Positions 44,556 to 49,969 of a DNA stretch of 49,969 nt are shown here, in pieces; the first letter of the stretch is position 1; each line of letters begins with the position of its first letter. Both the position numbers and the translations under genes were made by a program. The stretch covers positions 1-49,969 of the forward strand of contig JAUCBJ010000086.1 in the NCBI GenBank assembly GCA_032718475.1, in the 5' to 3' direction. Origin of the DNA: Nemertoderma westbladi (lineage: Eukaryota > Animalia > Xenacoelomorpha). The notes under the pieces are model-generated. The model was not told the origin of the DNA. It was given only the letters and a program-made list of their open reading frames with translations, and did not search any database.

Positions 44556-44781
44556 GATGCCAAAGGTAAACCGAAGTCAGCAGCAAAGGGGGGTGCCAAG
44601 GGGAAAAAGGTGGAAGATAATTTACCGCCCGCGCCCAAAAAGGTATCGAATTTAAAGAAGAGAGGGGAAGAGGCGGATGAGGGGCGGTACATTGATGATG
44701 AGCCCGATGATGGAGTTCAACATTACATTCTAGTCGAAGGATTTAACAATGGCGGTCTCATACATGCGCTGTCTGCAATAG
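44556..44781 (+). CDS. SPAG17: SPAG17-like exon 5
   Basis: CTTTAG|DAKGKPKS...[46 protein letters not shown](G)|GTTAGT; close to the SPAG17 motif LKRRGE....[22 protein letters not shown]. Confidence 0.92.
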
Positions 44782-44793
44782 GTTAGTTAGAAA

Positions 44794-45160
44794 GTACTAC
44801 TACTACGATCGGTATGCTGCATTGCAGCTGCATTGTGTATATATTACGTATATATTAAGAATGATGTGCCGGCTTATCGACAAAATTGCACCGCCACAAC
44901 TCCCTATTACCCATGACATTTGCTAGATCATCCGCATCTCTAAGGCCAGTGTCCTTTAAGATGCGTCTCAGGAAATTCATGGGCTGTCCACCATGCTTAT
45001 TCACTCCACGAGGGCGCCAAAGCACAGGATTATGCACTGGCTGGTCCTCACGGCGAAAGCAATGTCCTGCAAAGCGGAGGCGGTTCCGTTCAAGTGTCAA
45101 GAGATTAATAGAGTCTGATTGGAGATGTGTTCATTGTACTTGACACAGTGACCCCGACGA
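44794..45160 (-). mobile_element. RTE-clade LINE 3' fragment
   Basis: RLRFAGHCFRREDQPVHN...ELWR with a (TAG)n tail; same family as 16100-17068. Confidence 0.88.
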
Positions 45161-46819
45161 CCTTCAAAACAGTAGTACGTAAATAAATACATAATAATTA
45201 CAAATACAAGTACAATAAAAACAAAACTCGTTTCCCATAATTAAACATTTAAGACATTGTGAGAAACCGCTCGCTGCTAATGGTTTCTTAGGAAACTTAA
45301 CACGCTAACTTAGAATGTTTTAATAGAATAGATGGTGAGAGATGACGAAAAAGGTATTGAAATCATGAAATAAAATTATAGGGTGTTTTGCCTTTCAATG
45401 TGTGCTGATTTGTTGGAGATTATGGTGTTTATTTAACCAATGGTTCTGGTTTCATTTTTGTTCTGCAAGTATGTTTTATGTAGCATTTTGTATTACGTAT
45501 TATTAGTTAGAGCTTGTTACAGTAGTTGGGGTGTATTGCCAAGTTAATAAGAAGTCTATACGATGAATAGCGTCTAAAATTAATTCCTTCCCAATTAAAA
45601 ACAAAAAGTAAAGGTAGGCCTACATAACATATTTATTACACTTCAAATCATGCTAACAGCTATGATATAATATAATTAAAAGCAATTTAAAATAACTTTT
45701 AATATACATTTTAATCATCAGCGTTCTATAACGCCAAACAACGAGTTACTTCGATTAGCTTTCTAACTAAACTATAGAAGTGATTGGTTTACATTTACAG
45801 TTTAAGCAACGCGTTCCAGAACACCAGATATGTTGTTCTTGTTATGCATTATTGGTCCTGTCGTATTAGTTCTTGAATTCTCTCTATTGGAACTCCATTT
45901 GGTCGCCCAATTGGTACAGGTATCCCACTACAACCACCCAAGCCGAGGTCCAACTACGAAACACCCTTCCCAGTTCCCATTTCACCTTCCGTTGGAATAA
46001 CGAATAAAAAAGCGTATAGCTTCAACGGAGTCATGGCCCAAAATTACCGCAAATACGATATGTGTTTAGAGGGTTTGAAAAATTAATTTAATCTAAAACA
46101 TTAAGGGAAAGTAGCAGGTTGCATTGGGGGTGTTGTCTAACCAAAACAATAAACTAGACTTTATTTCACTTCCGGTCAATGTGCGCCATCGATCTGCTCT
46201 ACTTCCTGGTAATTGTCACACTCCATATCGCATTTTCCCTTAAAACTTACAACGATAGACTCTTAGCTGTTGTAAAGAGTAAATTTCCGAACAAAAATCA
46301 ATACAACTGTTTTAACTAGATAAAATAATAATTAATGCCAAAGTGAAAATAAAATAACTAAAATTAATTTCCCGCCCAACAGAGTTGCCTTTAAATAGTG
46401 CAAAAAATATTATTAAATGATAAAGGATATTACTTATTCTGATTGGTCAATTCCTTAAATAATTGATTGGCTTTAAAAGAAAGGCACCAGGCAAAAAACC
46501 CTAACTCTAGGACAGGGTCATTTTGTCAGCTGAATTAACAAGGCAAGGCACCCTATTTGGTCGAATTTAGATATGGAGTGTTTTGCCTCGAAGCAGTTGA
46601 TTTGAGACGCAGCCATGGGGTGTTTTAAGATTGACAAAGTCCTATTTCGTAAACGGAACACCCCACTTTTCTAGGTTTCATTTAAAAGAGCGTCAAAGTT
46701 AAATTTTTTTTGAAAATTTCGAGATAGGGTGTATTGCCAAAGAACGGCAGCGTATGCGCGACCACAAGAGCCAAAACACCCAACCACATCAACATCACTA
46801 TGCAGGGATCACTTGTTTC

Positions 46820-49800
46820 TAGGTTTACTCTACTTGTGTTTTCTCTACTTGTGTATTCTCTACTTGTTTTTACTCTACTGGTGTTTACTCTACTAGTGTT
46901 TACTCTACTAGTGTTTACTCTACTAGTGTTTACTCTACTTGTGTTTACTCTACTAGTGTTTACTCTACTAGTGTTTACTCTACTTGTGTTTACTCTACTA
47001 GTGTTTACTCTACTAATGTTTACTCTACTTGTGTTTACTCTACTTGTCTTTTCTCTACTAGTGTTTACTCTACTAGTGTTTACTCAACTAGTGTTTACTC
47101 TACTTGTGTTTACTCTACTTGTTTTTACTCTACTAGTGTTTACTCTACTTGTGTTTACTCTACTTGTGTTTTCTCGACTAGTGTTTACTCTACTTGTGTT
47201 TACTCTACTAGTGTTTATTCTACTTGTGTTTACTCTACTTGTGTTTACTCTACTTGTGTTTACTCAACTAGTGTTTACTCTACTTGTGTTTACTCTACTA
47301 GTGTTTACTCTACTTGTGTTTACTCTACTAGTGTTTACTCTACTAGTGTTTACTCTACTTGTGTTTACTCTACTAGTGTTTACTCTACTAGTGTTTACTC
47401 TACTAGTGTTTACTCTATTAGTATTTACTCTACTAGTGTTTACACTACTTGTGTTTACTCTACTTGTGTTTACTCTACTAGTGTTTACTCTACTTGTGTT
47501 TACTCTACTAGTGTTTACTCTACTAGTGTTTACTCTACTAGTGTTTACTCTAATAGTGTTTACTCTACTTGTGTTTACTCTACTAGTGTTTATTCTACTT
47601 GTGTTTACTCTACTTGTGTTTACTCTACTTGTGTTTACTCAACTAGTGTTTACTCTACTTGTGTTTACTCTACTAGTGTTTACTCTACTTGTGTTTACTC
47701 TACTTGTGTTTACTCTACTTGTGTTTTCTCTACTAGTGTTTACTCTACTTGTGTTTTCTCTACTAGTGTTTACTCTACTAGTGTTTACTCTACTAGTGTT
47801 TACTCTACTAGTGTTTACTCTACTAGTGTTTACTCTACTAGTGTTTACTCTACTAGTGTTTACTCTACTAGTGTTTACTCTACTAGTGTTTACTCTACTA
47901 GTGTTTACTCTACTAGTGTTTACTCTAATTGTGTTTACTCTACTAGTGTTTACTCTACTATTGTTTACTCTACTTGTGTTTACTCTACTAGTGTTTACTC
48001 TACTTGTGTTTACTCTACTAGTGTTTACTCTACTAGTGTTTACTCTACTAGTGTTTACTCTACTAGTGTTTACTCTACTAGTGTTTACTCTACTTGTGTT
48101 TACTCTACTAGTGTTTACTCTACTTGTGTTTACTCTACTAGTGTTTAATCTACTAGTGTTTACTCTACTAGTGTTTACTCTACTAGTGTTTACTCAACTA
48201 GTGTTTACTCTACTTGTGTTTACTCTACTAGTGTTTACTCTACTAGTGTTTACTCTACTAGTGTTTACTCTACTAGTGTTTACTCTACTAGTGTTTACTC
48301 TACTAGTGTTTACTCTACTAGTGTTTACTCTAATTGTGTTTACTCTACTAGTGTTTACTCTACTATTGTTTACTCTACTTGTGTTTACTCTACTAGTGTT
48401 TACTCTACTTGTGTTTACTCTACTAGTGTTTACTCTACTAGTGTTTACTCTACTAGTGTTTACTCTACTAGTGTTTACTCTACTAGTGTTTACTCTACTT
48501 GTGTTTACTCTACTAGTGTTTACTCTACTAGTGTTTACTCTACTAGTGTTTACTCTACTAGTGTTTACTCTACTAGTGTTTACTCTACTAGTGTTTACTC
48601 TACTTGTGTTTACTCTACTAGTGTTTACTCTACTAGTGTTTACTCTACTAGTGTTTACTCTAATTGTGTTTACTCTAATTGTGTTTACTCTACTAGTGTT
48701 TACTCTAATTGTGTTTACTCTACTATTGTTTACTCTACTAGTGTTTACTCTAATTGTGTTTACTCTACTAGTGTTTACTCTAATTGTGTTTACTCTACTA
48801 GTGTTTACTCTACTAGTGTTTACTCTATTAGTATTTACTCTACTAGTGTTTACACTACTTGTGTTTACTCTACTTGTGTTTTCTCTACTAGTGTTTACTC
48901 TAATTGTGTTTACTCTACTAGTGTTTACTCTACTAGTGTTTACTCTAATTGTGTTTACTCTACTAGTGTTTACTCTAATTGTGTTTACTCTACTAGTGTT
49001 TACTCTACTAGTGTTTACTCTATTAGTATTTACTCTACTAGTGTTTACTCTACTAGTGTTTACTCTACTAGTGTTTACTCTACTAGTGTTTACTCTAATT
49101 GTGTTTACTCTACTTGTGTTTACTTTACTAGTGTTTATTCTACTTGTGTTTACTCTACTTGTGTTTTCTCTACTAATGTTTACTCTATTAGTGTTTACTC
49201 TACTAGTGTTTACTCTACTTGTGTTTACACTACTTGTGTTTACTCTACTAGTGTTTACTCTACTTGTGTTTACTCTAGTAGTATTTACTCTACTAGTATT
49301 TACTCTACTAGTGTTTACTCTACTAGTGTTTACTCTACTAGTGTTTACTCTAATTGTGTTTACTCTACTAGTGTTTACTCTACTAGTGTTTACTCTACTT
49401 GTGTTTACTCTACTAGTGTTTACTCTACTAGTGTTTACTCTACTAGTGTTTACTCTAATTGTGTTTACTCTACTAGTGTTTACTCTACTATTGTTTACTC
49501 TACTTGTGTTTACTCAACTAGTGTTTACTCTACTTGTGTTTACTCTACTAGTGTTTACTCTACTAGTGTTTACTCTACTAGTGTTTACTCTACTAGTGTT
49601 TACTCTACTAGTGTTTACTCTACTAGTGTTTACTCTACTAGTGTTTACTCTACTTGTGTTTACTCTACTAGTGTTTACTCTACTTGTGTTTACTCTACTA
49701 GTAGTTTTACTCTACTAGTGTTTACTCTACTTGTGTTTTCTCTACTAGTGTTTACTCTACTAGTGTTTTCTCTACTAGTGTTTACTCTAGTAGTATTTAC

Positions 49801-49942
49801 TCTACTAGTGTTTACTCTGCTTGTGTTTACTCTACTAGTGTTTACTCTACTAGTGTTTACTCTACTAGTGTTTACTCTACAAGTGTTTACTCTACTAGTG
49901 TTTACTCTACTAGTGTTTACTCTACTAGTGTTTACTCTATTT
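46820..49942. repeat. 15-bp satellite (GTGTTTACTCTACTW)n, about 3.1 kb
   Basis: About 208 copies by length. It runs into the acceptor TTGTGTTTTCCTATGTAATTTCAG. Confidence 0.97.
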
Positions 49943-49964
49943 GTGTTTTCCTATGTAATTTCAG

Positions 49965-49969
49965 GATGT
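49965..49969 (+). CDS. SPAG17: Probable start of SPAG17-like exon 6
   Basis: TTTCAG|GATGT; phase 1 completes the Gly codon from exon 5 (G|GA). Only 5 nt are visible. Confidence 0.4.

Noticed and set aside
46734-49718. 994-aa (VFTLL)n ORF
   Set aside because: Translation of a stop-free 15-bp satellite with a non-ATG start, inside a predicted intron.

Overview
AT-rich, intron-containing invertebrate (metazoan) nuclear DNA, not prokaryotic. From left to right: (1) the 5' end of a probable BEL/Pao-type LTR retrotransposon on the minus strand. Its uninterrupted Gag-like ORF (703 to <1) is missed by the ORF track. It is preceded by an AUGA-overlapping 63-aa uORF and by a repeat region encoding six kink-turn/cUUCGg hairpins. 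(2) A gustatory-receptor-like (7tm_7) gene whose single in-frame GT-AG intron is almost entirely a TIR-bounded repeat element. (3) A 3-exon secreted fibrinogen-related (FReD) gene. (4) The 5' part of a large SPAG17/PF6-like gene (+; exons 18069-18158, 19043-19183, 41688-41812, 41949-42066, 44556-44781, next exon from 49965). Its 22.5-kb second intron hosts a coding-intronless AP3D1 (antisense), a coding-intronless group XII sPLA2 (sense), a CR1-like LINE with intact ORF2 and a U-UUA-AAC slippery junction, a MULE-like element with 9-bp TSD, and RTE fragments. Two large satellites sit exactly on SPAG17 splice sites: a 40-bp unit multiplies the exon-4 donor and a 15-bp unit runs into the exon-6 acceptor. 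All gene names come from recognising the translated sequence; no database search was run.
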